Source: Patescibacteria group bacterium (GTDB lineage: Bacteria > Patescibacteriota > Microgenomatia > 2-02-FULL-39-11). From it: a stretch of DNA of 64,000 nucleotides. A program made the translations under genes and the position numbers. Under the pieces are notes generated by a model that was not told the DNA's origin, did no database searches, and saw nothing but the letters and a program-made list of their open reading frames with translations. Position 1 is the first letter of the stretch, and each line of letters begins with the position of its first letter. Location of the stretch: the NCBI GenBank assembly GCA_023379265.1, contig JAMCUI010000009.1, positions 100,091 through 164,090 of the forward strand, given 5' to 3'. Positions 54,966 through 64,000 of the stretch are shown here, in pieces.

Positions 54966-56717
54966 ATGATCAATTTAACTGTAAAAATTGGAGGAGAAGC
55001 CGGTTTTGGAATTATGACGACTGGTCTTTTTTTGGGCAAGATCGCCACCAGAAGCGGTTATCATGCGTTTGAATATACTGAGTATCCATCTCTTATACGC
55101 GGAAGCCATAATGTAGTAGGTGTAAGGATATCCGACGAAAAAACGTATTCACAGGAAGAGAAGGTGGACGTGCTTCTTTGTCTGAATGCAGATACTTACA
55201 AACGTCATATTTCCGAAATGAAACAGGGTGGGATGGTAGTCTATGACAGGGATAAAACGGATATAAACAGTATAAAAGATGAAAATCGGGCAGACTTAGT
55301 CTATGTTCATGTGCCTTTTGCCAAAATACTACAGGAGGGAGCCTTTCCTACTGTGATGCTCAATAATATTGCTATGGGGGCTCTTATGTATCTTATAGGA
55401 GCAGATTTCGGAATACTTAAAAATCTTATTTCCGAAAACTTTATCAAAAAAGGCGAAGAAGTGATAAATAAAAATGTCAACGCATCACAAATGGGATATG
55501 ACAAAGCAAGAGAGAGCGATACTGAAGGTTATAAAGTAAAAATTCCAAAAAAGGAAAGTATCAGTTCCAGGATGTATCTGTCTGGAAATGAAGCGGTTGG
55601 TTTGGGAACTCTTGCTGCAGGATGCAAGTTTTATGTGGCGTATCCGATGACCCCTGCTTCAGCGCTTTTACACTACTTGGCTGCAAAAGCGGAAAAAAGC
55701 GGCATGGTGGTAAAACACGCTGAAGATGAGATATCAGTAATCAATATGGCTCTGGGAGCTTCTTGGGCTGGAGTACGCTCCATGGTAGGGACATCCGGTG
55801 GAGGATTTGCGCTCATGGTGGAGTCGGTATCACTGGCAGGCATAACAGAGACTCCAATTGTAATCGCCATGGTACAGCGTCCCGGTCCAGCTACGGGTAT
55901 GCCTACATGGACTGAACAGGGTGATCTTTTATTTATTGTTCATGCAGGACATGGTGAATTCCCCAAGATCGTATTATCTCCAGGGGATGTGGGAGAGGCA
56001 TATCAGTTAACAACAGAAGCTTTTAATCTCGCTGATAAGTACCAGACGCCTGTTTTTATACTTAGCGACAAGTATTTGCAGGAAGGAAAGCAGAGTATAG
56101 ATAGAAAAGAAATAGAGGAATATAAATTTGATATAAACCGCGGTAAGCTTTTGACTGCCGAGAAACTTGAAGTGCTTCCAAAAGGCGGATATAAAAGGTA
56201 TCTACTGACGGAAGACGGTATTTCTCCCCGAGCAATTCCGGGTTTGCCAAACAGTTTACAACAGGCTAATTCATATGAGCATATTGAAGATGGGCACACA
56301 ACCGAGGATGCGCAAGAAAGGATAAAGCAGGTTGACAAAAGAAATAGAAAAATAAGGACATATCTTTCTGCCGATTTTAAGATGCCACAGCTTTTTGGTC
56401 CAAAAGATGCTGAGTTGACTATAGTTTCATGGGGATCAATGAAAGGACCGGTGTTGCAGGCCATGCAAGATTGCGGCAACAAATTTAATTATCTGCATTT
56501 TACTCATCTTTGGCCTCTGGATAAAGAAAAAGTTTCACAGGTGTTGAAAAGTCTTAGGAAGACATTGTTAGTGGAGAACAATTCTACGGCGCAATTGGGA
56601 CAGTTATTGCAAATGGTGACTGGTGTGGAACTTGATAATAAACTTTTGAAATATTCAGGCCGTCCGGTTTTTCCGGAAGAAATATTAGCGAGGATAAAAG
56701 AGTTAGGAATTGGTTAA
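54966..56717 (+). CDS. 2-oxoacid:ferredoxin oxidoreductase, fused gamma-alpha subunit (KorA-like)
   Basis: N-terminal gamma-type domain (GGEAGFGIMTTGLFLGKIATRSGYHAF). Alpha domain ...YLSGNEAVGLGTLAAGCKFYVAYPMTPAS... Confidence 0.85.
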   Translation: MINLTVKIGGEAGFGIMTTGLFLGKIATRSGYHAFEYTEYPSLIRGSHNVVGVRISDEKTYSQEEKVDVLLCLNADTYKRHISEMKQGGMVVYDRDKTDINSIKDENRADLVYVHVPFAKILQEGAFPTVMLNNIAMGALMYLIGADFGILKNLISENFIKKGEEVINKNVNASQMGYDKARESDTEGYKVKIPKKESISSRMYLSGNEAVGLGTLAAGCKFYVAYPMTPASALLHYLAAKAEKSGMVVKHAEDEISVINMALGASWAGVRSMVGTSGGGFALMVESVSLAGITETPIVIAMVQRPGPATGMPTWTEQGDLLFIVHAGHGEFPKIVLSPGDVGEAYQLTTEAFNLADKYQTPVFILSDKYLQEGKQSIDRKEIEEYKFDINRGKLLTAEKLEVLPKGGYKRYLLTEDGISPRAIPGLPNSLQQANSYEHIEDGHTTEDAQERIKQVDKRNRKIRTYLSADFKMPQLFGPKDAELTIVSWGSMKGPVLQAMQDCGNKFNYLHFTHLWPLDKEKVSQVLKSLRKTLLVENNSTAQLGQLLQMVTGVELDNKLLKYSGRPVFPEEILARIKELGIG

Positions 56718-57606
56718 AAAGAATATGATGGAAACTACTAATCCAAATGTTTTTGCAGGCTATTTTCCGACGTGGTGTCCTGGATGTGGAGATTTTGGGA
56801 TTTGGGCAAGTATAAAAGGTGCACTGGCAAAACTAGGTTATTCCCCGGAAGAGATGGCTGTTGTTTTTGGCATAGGTTGTTCAGGCAATATGAATGATTT
56901 TCTCTGGGTGGATAGTTTCCATGCTCTGCACGGTCGCGCAGTTCCAAATGCCGTAGGTATCAAAATAGCCAATCATAAACTGCCTGTTTTAGCCATTGCA
57001 GGAGACGGAGATTGTTATGGGGAAGGCGGAAATCATCTGATACACGCCTGTCGTGGAAATCACGATATTACCATACTGGTACACGATAATAGGGTTTACG
57101 GGTTGACTACAGGTCAAGTTGCACCAACAGGGTTGAAGGGTTTCAAAGCAAAATCTACACCTCAAGGGGTAATAGAAGTGCCTGTAAATCCGGTAGCGTT
57201 AGCTATCACCCAAGGCGCCACATATGTAGCGCAAGGATTTGCAGGTGACATAAACCATCTGACAGATCTTATTGTTGAAGGGGTTAAGCACAAAGGCTTG
57301 TCGCTTGTAAACGTATTTCAGCCATGTGTTACTTTTAATCATGTGACGACTTATGCCTGGTATAGGGAAAGACTTTACAAGCTGACTGTTCAGAACCATG
57401 ACCCTAAAGATATGAAAAAAGCATTGGATAAGTCTTTGGAGTTGGATGCGCATATTCCAATTGGGTTAATATATAAAAGTGAGAGGCCGACCTATACCGA
57501 TTGCCTACCACAGATTTCAAAAGAGACTTTGGTGGATGCGGGTTTGGGTTTTACGAAAGATGATTCCAGCGCTATGTTGCAGAAGTTCGTTCCTGAATTC
57601 CTTTAA
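56710..57606 (+). CDS. 2-oxoacid:ferredoxin oxidoreductase, beta (TPP-binding) subunit (KorB-like)
   Basis: ...WCPGCGDFG... and TPP motif GDGDCYGEGGNHL. 8-nt overlap with the alpha gene. Confidence 0.85.
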   Translation: MVKKNMMETTNPNVFAGYFPTWCPGCGDFGIWASIKGALAKLGYSPEEMAVVFGIGCSGNMNDFLWVDSFHALHGRAVPNAVGIKIANHKLPVLAIAGDGDCYGEGGNHLIHACRGNHDITILVHDNRVYGLTTGQVAPTGLKGFKAKSTPQGVIEVPVNPVALAITQGATYVAQGFAGDINHLTDLIVEGVKHKGLSLVNVFQPCVTFNHVTTYAWYRERLYKLTVQNHDPKDMKKALDKSLELDAHIPIGLIYKSERPTYTDCLPQISKETLVDAGLGFTKDDSSAMLQKFVPEFL

Positions 57607-57679
57607 CCTAAAACTTACAGTCTCTTGACAATTAGCACTCTCTTTGTTAAACTGCTAGAAACCTAAAATTTTTGAAAAT

Positions 57680-60136
57680 ATGCAAACTACTGAGGATCAG
57701 AATACGAAAACTTTACCAGTCGTACCTATACGTGACGGAGTTGTTTTCCCAAATACAGAGATAGTCCTTACTTTTGGCAGGCCCAAGTCACTAGCTGCAA
57801 TTGAAGCTTCAAATAATACCGACAGGATGGTTGTTCTTGTCATGCAGAAAACTCCGCATGTACACGATCCTTCCACAAATGATTTGTATAAAGTCTGCAC
57901 CATCGCCAGAATAGAGAGACTTCTAAAGACAGAGGGAGAAATAAATGCCCTGGTAAAGGGGATAAACCGCGTACAGATATTATCTTACGAATCCACCGAA
58001 CCCTATTTTCTGGCAAAAGTGGCAGAGTTACCTGATGAGGCAACAGGATCAGATGAGATAACAGCTTTGGTAAATCATATTACTGCCGAGTTGAAAAAAG
58101 CTGTCAATATGGGTAAATCGGTCGACTTCTTGTCATTTATGAATATCATGTCGGGACTGTCTCCGGCAGAATTTTCCAATCATGTTGGCGCTATTTTGGA
58201 TATAAAGCCGGTTGAAAAACAGCAGCTTTTGGAAATGACAAATGTCAAAGACAGATTGGTGAAAATTGCCGAGTACTTGACGCATGAAGTTAAGATTCTT
58301 GAGATTGAGCGAAAGATTGCCAGTAAAACTCAGGAGAAATTCGATAAATCAGTCAAGGAGGCAGTGCTGCGCGAGAGACTAAAGACGATTGAAAAAGAAT
58401 TAGGCGAAGAGGGTGAGACAAAAGAGATAAGAGAACTTGCAGATAAGATAAAAAAGGCACTTATGCCGTCGGAGGTTGAAGAAAGAGCCAGGAAGGAACT
58501 GAAACGTCTGGCACAAATGTCTTCCTATAATCCAGAGGCTTCATATGTGCGTACATATCTCGATTGGCTGATAGATCTTCCTTGGTCGGTGTCAAGTTCT
58601 AATAATGTTGATATAAAACAGGCGTCAAAAATACTTGATGAAGATCACTTCGGATTGCAGAAAATAAAGGAGAGAATTCTAGAGTATCTGGCCGTGATGA
58701 AACTTAAGGCCGGATTGAAGGTGGAAGACTCCGCTAAAACAAAAAAGGACGGCGATAAAGACGAAAAAAAGAATATCAAGATTGCCACACCGACAATTTT
58801 GTGTTTTGTCGGCCCTCCCGGAGTTGGTAAGACTTCAATCGGTCGTTCCATAGCCAGATCTCTTGGAAGAAAATTTATCAAAGTCTCGTTGGGAGGTATA
58901 AGGGATGAAGCTGAGGTGCGGGGTCACAGGAGGACGTACGTGGGAGCATTGCCCGGAAGAATCATACAGGGGATAAAACAAGCAGGCACAAAAAATCCTG
59001 TATTTATGCTGGACGAAATAGACAAAGTAGGTGCAGATTTCAGAGGAGACCCCTCAGCGGCACTTTTGGAGGCGCTAGATCCAGAGCAAAATCATGCCTT
59101 TTCCGACCATTACTTGGAAGTTCCTTTTGATTTGTCGGATGTCATGTTTATCACTACATGTAATGTTTTGGATACTATACCTCCGGCACTTCGCGACAGG
59201 CTTGAAGTGATACATTTCCCTGGGTATACTGAGGATGAGAAATATCATATAGCCCGTGATTACCTTATCGATAAGCAGCTTGAGGCGCATGGTCTGAAAC
59301 ATGACAATGTAGTGGTTACCGATAAAGCATTGCGGGAAATAATAAGGCGGTATACCAGGGAAGCAGGTGTCCGTAATTTGGAAAGAGAAGTCGCTAGGAT
59401 TTTCAGAAAAGTGGCAAAGGATCTGGTTGAAGGCAATAATAAGAAACATCTTATTACCACATCCGTTCTGCATAAATATCTTGGTCCACAGAAATTTACT
59501 TCATACTTGGCAGAGAAAAAGGATGAAGTGGGAATGTCCACTGGTCTTGCCTGGACTGAAGCAGGAGGAGATATACTTTTTATAGAGGTAGCTCTTATGA
59601 AGGGAAAAGGGAATCTTCTTCTGACTGGTCAGCTTGGAGATGTGATGCAGGAATCCTGCAAGGCGGCATTATCATATGTCAGGGCGCGTGCAAAATACAT
59701 TGGTATTTCAGAGAAGTTTTACCAGACGACAGATATACATGTTCATGTGCCTGAAGGGGCCGTACCCAAGGATGGACCTTCTGCCGGAGTGGCAATTACA
59801 ACCGCCCTTGTTTCCGCACTTACAAATACCGCTGTCAAAAAGGATGTTGCCATGACAGGTGAAGTGACTTTGCGGGGTAGAGCTCTTGAGATCGGCGGTG
59901 TAAAAGAAAAGGTGATTGCGGCACATAGGGCAGGGATAAAGACAGTAATATTGCCCAAAGCCAACAAAAAGGACCTTGAAGATATTCCAAAGTATGTCTT
60001 AAAAGATCTGAAATTTGTGTTTGTTGACCATATGGACCAGGTGTTAAAAGTAGCTCTAGTACAACCGCTGAAAAATGAGGAAGAAGTGACTCCGCAAACT
60101 GTTCCTCAACCCCTCACTGCCAGATTACATTCTTAA
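57680..60136 (+). CDS. lon: ATP-dependent Lon protease
   Basis: N-terminal LON domain. AAA+ Walker A GPPGVGKTS. Proteolytic domain with catalytic Ser in DGPSAG and downstream Lys. Confidence 0.95.
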   Translation: MQTTEDQNTKTLPVVPIRDGVVFPNTEIVLTFGRPKSLAAIEASNNTDRMVVLVMQKTPHVHDPSTNDLYKVCTIARIERLLKTEGEINALVKGINRVQILSYESTEPYFLAKVAELPDEATGSDEITALVNHITAELKKAVNMGKSVDFLSFMNIMSGLSPAEFSNHVGAILDIKPVEKQQLLEMTNVKDRLVKIAEYLTHEVKILEIERKIASKTQEKFDKSVKEAVLRERLKTIEKELGEEGETKEIRELADKIKKALMPSEVEERARKELKRLAQMSSYNPEASYVRTYLDWLIDLPWSVSSSNNVDIKQASKILDEDHFGLQKIKERILEYLAVMKLKAGLKVEDSAKTKKDGDKDEKKNIKIATPTILCFVGPPGVGKTSIGRSIARSLGRKFIKVSLGGIRDEAEVRGHRRTYVGALPGRIIQGIKQAGTKNPVFMLDEIDKVGADFRGDPSAALLEALDPEQNHAFSDHYLEVPFDLSDVMFITTCNVLDTIPPALRDRLEVIHFPGYTEDEKYHIARDYLIDKQLEAHGLKHDNVVVTDKALREIIRRYTREAGVRNLEREVARIFRKVAKDLVEGNNKKHLITTSVLHKYLGPQKFTSYLAEKKDEVGMSTGLAWTEAGGDILFIEVALMKGKGNLLLTGQLGDVMQESCKAALSYVRARAKYIGISEKFYQTTDIHVHVPEGAVPKDGPSAGVAITTALVSALTNTAVKKDVAMTGEVTLRGRALEIGGVKEKVIAAHRAGIKTVILPKANKKDLEDIPKYVLKDLKFVFVDHMDQVLKVALVQPLKNEEEVTPQTVPQPLTARLHS

Positions 60137-60207
60137 ATTGTAGTTTGAAGGTCTTAAATAGAGAGAAAATTACTCTGTTGTAGAATTTTTAGAACTAGTA
60201 TACAATC

Positions 60208-61059
60208 TTAATTTTGGCTATTTTTCATGTAGTTATAAACCAATCCGGAAATATTTACCATAGTTTTTTTTGTTTTTTCCACATCAGTAGTGTCAGTAGT
60301 CATAATACCAAGGTAGTAAGGTCTCTCTGGTAGGTCAATAATACCCACATCATGAATCTTGCCTACATCGTCTCCTGTTTTATGATAGATTTTTATACCA
60401 CTATTTTCTGGAATGCCTTCAGGAATCCGGTCGTCAAAGTCGCTCTTATCCATAAATCCAAGCATTTCAGCGGTAAGAGGTTTGGTGGTAATTTCTCCTT
60501 TGTACATTTTGGTAAGGAGTATAGACATATCTTTGACTGATGTTTGATTATCTATCATGTTGGTTTGATGCAATCCCCAAGAATCAACAAGTGACTGGAT
60601 TTTATCTTGTGTTAAGACAAGATTTGCCAATATATACGCAGCTGTATTGTCTGACTGTTCCATCATGAGGCGGGCTAGAGTTTTGAGGGAGTAGGGAGTA
60701 CCGGGTGTAGCATAACGCATGCTACCTGAGCCGTAATCCTGAATATCGTCAGGCTGTAAAATTATCACTTTATCCAGGTCAATTTCTCCCTGTCCAGCCA
60801 GTTGATAAAGAGCAGCGAGTATTGCGACTTTATTTACGGAGGCAGCAGTCATGACAGTATTCTCATCAATTCCAAAACCGTTTTTCTTATTTATATCGTA
60901 TATATATACAGAAAAAGTTCCTCCATCCTCTTTTTCTTTTTTTGATATTGCAGAGAGAAGTTCATCTTTTGAAGCGATTGGGGTCATATAGAAATTATTT
61001 TTACTGATAAATTTTCTCAATATATTTTTCTCGTTACTAAAAATTATTATTGCAGTCAA
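60208..61059 (-). CDS. Class-A beta-lactamase-like serine hydrolase (start codon uncertain)
   Basis: SxxK SVNK, SDN (EQSDNTAA), KTG (HKTGDD). The annotated TTG start lacks a signal peptide, yet the in-frame upstream sequence encodes one. Confidence 0.6.
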   Translation of the reverse strand: MTAIIIFSNEKNILRKFISKNNFYMTPIASKDELLSAISKKEKEDGGTFSVYIYDINKKNGFGIDENTVMTAASVNKVAILAALYQLAGQGEIDLDKVIILQPDDIQDYGSGSMRYATPGTPYSLKTLARLMMEQSDNTAAYILANLVLTQDKIQSLVDSWGLHQTNMIDNQTSVKDMSILLTKMYKGEITTKPLTAEMLGFMDKSDFDDRIPEGIPENSGIKIYHKTGDDVGKIHDVGIIDLPERPYYLGIMTTDTTDVEKTKKTMVNISGLVYNYMKNSQN

Positions 61060-61380
61060 GATGATCCCTATGCCTAAAAAAATTAATAATTTTTTTGGGA
61101 AACGCTTTTTTCTACTTTTTTTTCTTTTGTATTCGGCAAAAAGGAGTTTGGATAATTTTTTCTCAGTGAATCTGGTTTTAGATGAACAGAGTAGTCTCTC
61201 ATTTTTATTATGTGGATATTTTAGCAGAATGTTGCCGTTTGCTGAAGAAATGTAAAATTTATTACAAATATTTTATCCGATAAAAAATTGCCACTTGAAT
61301 TTTAAGTTTTGGGGTAACATAATGAAATTAAAGTTGCCCACAAGGAGTGGGTCTATTGATTGTTGGAGAATTAAAAAATC

Positions 61381-63261
61381 ATGCCAGCCCGTCGTAAAAC
61401 TCAAAAACTACAATCCATTCCAAAACTCTCACCGAACGCTGTTGTAGCATATCATAACAATGTCTATCTTCTTTACAGTCTGAAAACTGGCAAATTGAAG
61501 GATGTCAGGATCGACGAAAGTCGTGACGGTATTCGTTTTAATCCTGAAGAAGTAGGGAAGAAGGAAAATGCTTTAACCACTAGAAAAACTTCAGAAAAAA
61601 GCGATCTGGTAGATATCAGAATCGCTAGCATAGACTCCAATTTTTATATGACTTATAAGTCCCAGAAAGACGGTAAGAGCCATTTTTTTGGCAGTGTGTC
61701 TTCTGATTTGCGCCATTGGAAAGGAGCTGCTGAGCTTTCCCAGATAAACGAGACGGGAGTAGTCGTCTCTCAATTCAAATATAAAAATAAATATGTTATG
61801 TATTACGGCGACAGTATTATAAGATGTGCTTACTCAACTGATCTGAAAAGATGGGAAAAGGCAGGCGGGACTGTACTTGAACCACATAGAGATTTTTTTG
61901 GTGTTTCACCACTGAAAGTCGGAAACGCGTTTGTGACAAATGACGGTATCGTACTTCTTTACTATGTCCATGTGGCAGGCAAGGTACATAATAAATATTC
62001 TTTATTCCTTGCACTTTTGGACCGTGAAGATCCCACAAAGATTGTAAAGAGATACAACACTCCGCTTTGGGAAACCACCAGAGAATTGATGGACAAAGGT
62101 GTCTATCCTTTGGGAGTGGTGAGTCTTGGCGCCAAACTCATATCCTACTGGTTGGGAAGGGACGGTGTGGCTTATGCCGTAAGCCATATTTTGTCGAAGA
62201 AACAGGTGCAGAAAGTACCTGAAGTTTCGGCAGGTTTACTGAAAAAGCTTAAAGATAATCCTATATTAAAGCCAATAAGCGACCACTTCTGGGAATCAAG
62301 GGCGACGTTTAATCCGGCGGCTCTCTACGAAAAGGGAAAAGTGCATATAGTCTATCGAGCTATAGGGGATCATGATATATCAGTATTGGGATACGCGTCC
62401 AGTTCAGATGGAAGAAATATAGACGAGAGACATCCTGAGCCTATATTTGTGCCAAAAAGTCATCTAGGAGCTCATACTCCTTACGTGCAGCAGGCGCCTA
62501 GTCTTTCGTCATATACTTCAGGTGGAGGGGGTTACGGAGGGTGTGAAGATCCAAGACTGACAAAAATTGGGGATAAGATCTATATGACTTATGTAGCTTA
62601 TGATGGGCATAGCCCACCGCGTGTGGCACTGACATCAATAAAAGCAGATGATTTTTTTAATCATAATTGGGATTGGGAAAAGCCTGTTCTTATTTCTCCT
62701 CCTAACGTAGTTGATAAAAATGCCGTAATTTTCCCGGATAAGATAAATGGAAAATATGTCATCATGCACCGTATTTTTCCGAATATTCTTATAGACTATG
62801 TAGATAGTTTGGATTTTAATGGCAGTACGTTTCTTAAAGGCGAACACAAAATTCGACCAAGACTTGGCAAATGGGATAGTAGGAAAGTCGGGGCTGGAGC
62901 CCCTCCCATAAAAACTGATGAAGGATGGCTTCTTATCTATCACGCAGTTGGGGATAATGATAGTGCCAAATATAAGATGGGAGCTATGCTTTTGGATACA
63001 AAAGATCCCACAAAAGTACTATATAGGTCCAAAAGGCCCATTTTGGAACCTACAGAATCTTATGAAAACGAAGGTTATAAGGCTGGTGTGGCTTATCCGT
63101 GTGGCGCAGTTAAAAAAGATGACGAGCTTTTAGTTTATTATGGGGGAGCGGATATGGTGACTTGTGTGGCTTCAGCGAAATTATCCACATTTCTTTCACA
63201 GTTGAAATCTTCTGATGAGGCAGAAGTATATCCCCTCAATAGTCACGTGGCGATAAATTAA
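61381..63261 (+). CDS. Glycoside hydrolase family 130 (beta-mannoside phosphorylase-like) protein with two tandem GH130-type beta-propeller domains
   Basis: C-terminal domain: ...GGCEDPRLTKIGDKIYMTY... and ...GAGAPPIKTDEGWLLIYHAV...AMLLDTKDPTKVLYRS. N-terminal domain ends with the homologous ...LALLDREDPTKIVKR. Confidence 0.7.
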   Translation: MPARRKTQKLQSIPKLSPNAVVAYHNNVYLLYSLKTGKLKDVRIDESRDGIRFNPEEVGKKENALTTRKTSEKSDLVDIRIASIDSNFYMTYKSQKDGKSHFFGSVSSDLRHWKGAAELSQINETGVVVSQFKYKNKYVMYYGDSIIRCAYSTDLKRWEKAGGTVLEPHRDFFGVSPLKVGNAFVTNDGIVLLYYVHVAGKVHNKYSLFLALLDREDPTKIVKRYNTPLWETTRELMDKGVYPLGVVSLGAKLISYWLGRDGVAYAVSHILSKKQVQKVPEVSAGLLKKLKDNPILKPISDHFWESRATFNPAALYEKGKVHIVYRAIGDHDISVLGYASSSDGRNIDERHPEPIFVPKSHLGAHTPYVQQAPSLSSYTSGGGGYGGCEDPRLTKIGDKIYMTYVAYDGHSPPRVALTSIKADDFFNHNWDWEKPVLISPPNVVDKNAVIFPDKINGKYVIMHRIFPNILIDYVDSLDFNGSTFLKGEHKIRPRLGKWDSRKVGAGAPPIKTDEGWLLIYHAVGDNDSAKYKMGAMLLDTKDPTKVLYRSKRPILEPTESYENEGYKAGVAYPCGAVKKDDELLVYYGGADMVTCVASAKLSTFLSQLKSSDEAEVYPLNSHVAIN

Positions 63262-63262
63262 G

Positions 63263-64000
63263 ATGGTAAGCATAGACAGATTTTCCGGAAACCCCTTGCT
63301 TTCACCTGACCCTAAAAAAAATTGGGAATCTGAGGCGGTGTTTAACGGTTGTGTGGTTGAGGAGAAAAATGCAGATGGAAGTTTTGTGCAACATATGCTT
63401 TATCGGGCAATGGGAAAAGCGCAAAACGTGGGTGGTATCAATTTAGAGCTTTCTACTATTGGTATTGCCGATTCCATAGACCGCATGCATTTCCAAAACA
63501 GGAGACAGCTAATTGTTCCGCAAAACGATTGGGAAAAATACGGTTGCGAGGATCCCCGCATCACCAAATTTGAAGGTAAGTATTATGTTTTCTATACTGC
63601 TTTATCAAAATTTCCTCCTGATGCAGACAGTATTAAGGTAGCTGTTGCGGTTACCACCAATTTGAGTAGGATTGAAGAAAAACACATTGTGACTCCTTTC
63701 AATGCCAAAGCCATGGCGCTTTTTCCGGAAAGAATAGATGGTAAGATTGCCGCCATACTGACAGTTCACACGGATCTTCCACCAGCCAAAATAGGCATTG
63801 CTCTTTTTGATGAAATTTCACAGATTTGGGACAGAAAGTATTGGGAAAGATGGTATGGAGATCTTGACCATCATGTGATTCCGCTTCTGCGTTCTATAAA
63901 CGATCATGTTGAAGTTGGAGCTCCTCCCATAAAAACCAGTGAAGGGTGGCTTATCCTATACTGCTATATACGAAATTACATGACATATCATAAGATTTTT
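63263..64000 (+). CDS. Second GH130-family protein (partial, continues past the window end)
   Basis: My own translation from ATG 63263: MVSIDRFSGNPLLSPDPKK...YGCEDPRITKFEGKYYVFY...VGAPPIKTSEGWLILY... Confidence 0.65.
   Translation, partial: MVSIDRFSGNPLLSPDPKKNWESEAVFNGCVVEEKNADGSFVQHMLYRAMGKAQNVGGINLELSTIGIADSIDRMHFQNRRQLIVPQNDWEKYGCEDPRITKFEGKYYVFYTALSKFPPDADSIKVAVAVTTNLSRIEEKHIVTPFNAKAMALFPERIDGKIAAILTVHTDLPPAKIGIALFDEISQIWDRKYWERWYGDLDHHVIPLLRSINDHVEVGAPPIKTSEGWLILYCYIRNYMTYHKIF

Noticed and set aside
56003-56482. 159-aa minus-strand ORF
   Set aside because: Antisense to the OFOR alpha-subunit gene. Cys/Ser-rich artefact.
61061-61255. 64-aa plus-strand ORF
   Set aside because: It mirrors the probable N-terminal signal-anchor coding region of the beta-lactamase-like gene on the other strand. 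Phe/Leu-rich artefact.
1-64000. CRISPR arrays, rRNA genes, transposases/integrases, prophage genes
   Set aside because: I scanned for regularly spaced direct repeats, rRNA-like conserved blocks and integrase/transposase motifs and found none in this window.

Overview
This is a densely coded, AT-rich bacterial chromosomal segment with about 70 protein genes, one tRNA and no rRNA, CRISPR or obvious transposase. Promoters match bacterial sigma-70 consensus and several genes appear leaderless. Small proteins and regulator-plus-transporter islands are typical of an uncultivated, reduced-genome bacterium, but no closer taxon is claimed.

Content along the window:
- **1-5 kb:** the 5' part of an LtaS/sulfatase-like membrane protein, tRNA-Gln(CUG), and a 5-gene operon of a CsoR/RcnR-family repressor, a MacB/LolD-like ABC ATPase, a small membrane protein and two FtsX permeases. 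A DsrE-like protein and a Met/Gly/Trp-rich SHOCT membrane protein are transcribed divergently from it.
- **6-7.3 kb:** a methyltransferase and a cation-diffusion-facilitator (CDF)-like transporter, followed by a GC-rich intergenic island.
- **7.6-20 kb:** two paralogous MFS_3 transporters in inverted orientation. Between them lie an orphan 603-aa protein, an LtaS-like sulfatase-family protein, a heterodimeric ABC exporter, and MarR, two HlyD-like adaptors and the second MFS transporter.
- **20-23.5 kb:** an alpha/beta hydrolase, DUF1697 protein, small membrane protein and HflX.
- **23.7-25.4 kb:** a DEAD-box helicase behind a roughly 340-nt leader. This leader carries a conserved ~125-nt two-hairpin element that recurs at 42.5 kb upstream of an RRM RNA-binding protein.
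- **25.4-29.2 kb:** an internally duplicated hypothetical protein, ChrA, an MFS transporter and a GT51 transglycosylase.
- **30-37.5 kb:** two inverted PF04185 phosphoesterase paralogs flanking a stress/detox island (PadR, ArsR, AHSA1, two VOC proteins, DHFR-like) and a secreted coiled-coil protein with a Pro/Thr-rich membrane partner.
- **37.7-42.4 kb:** an FTR1 iron permease and a MacAB-like HlyD/FtsX/ATPase operon.
- **42.8-48.2 kb:** the RRM protein, a PIF1-like helicase, LOG, HAD-Cof, IDI-like Nudix, EamA transporter and DEDD exonuclease.
- **48.3-57.6 kb:** a complete suf cluster (Rrf2, SufC, SufB, a short SufD, Rieske protein, SufS, SufU, ferredoxin) directly followed by 2-oxoacid:ferredoxin oxidoreductase (KorAB-like).
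- **57.7-64 kb:** Lon, a class-A beta-lactamase-like serine hydrolase, and three tandem GH130 domains.

The strongest candidate for something new is the shared structured 5' leader of the two RNA-chaperone genes. Other leads: the CsoR-like/ABC/Met-rich locus, the 603-aa protein with a PD-(D/E)xK-like core, and a partial duplication of the ferredoxin 3' end whose copy differs from the original mostly at synonymous codon positions.
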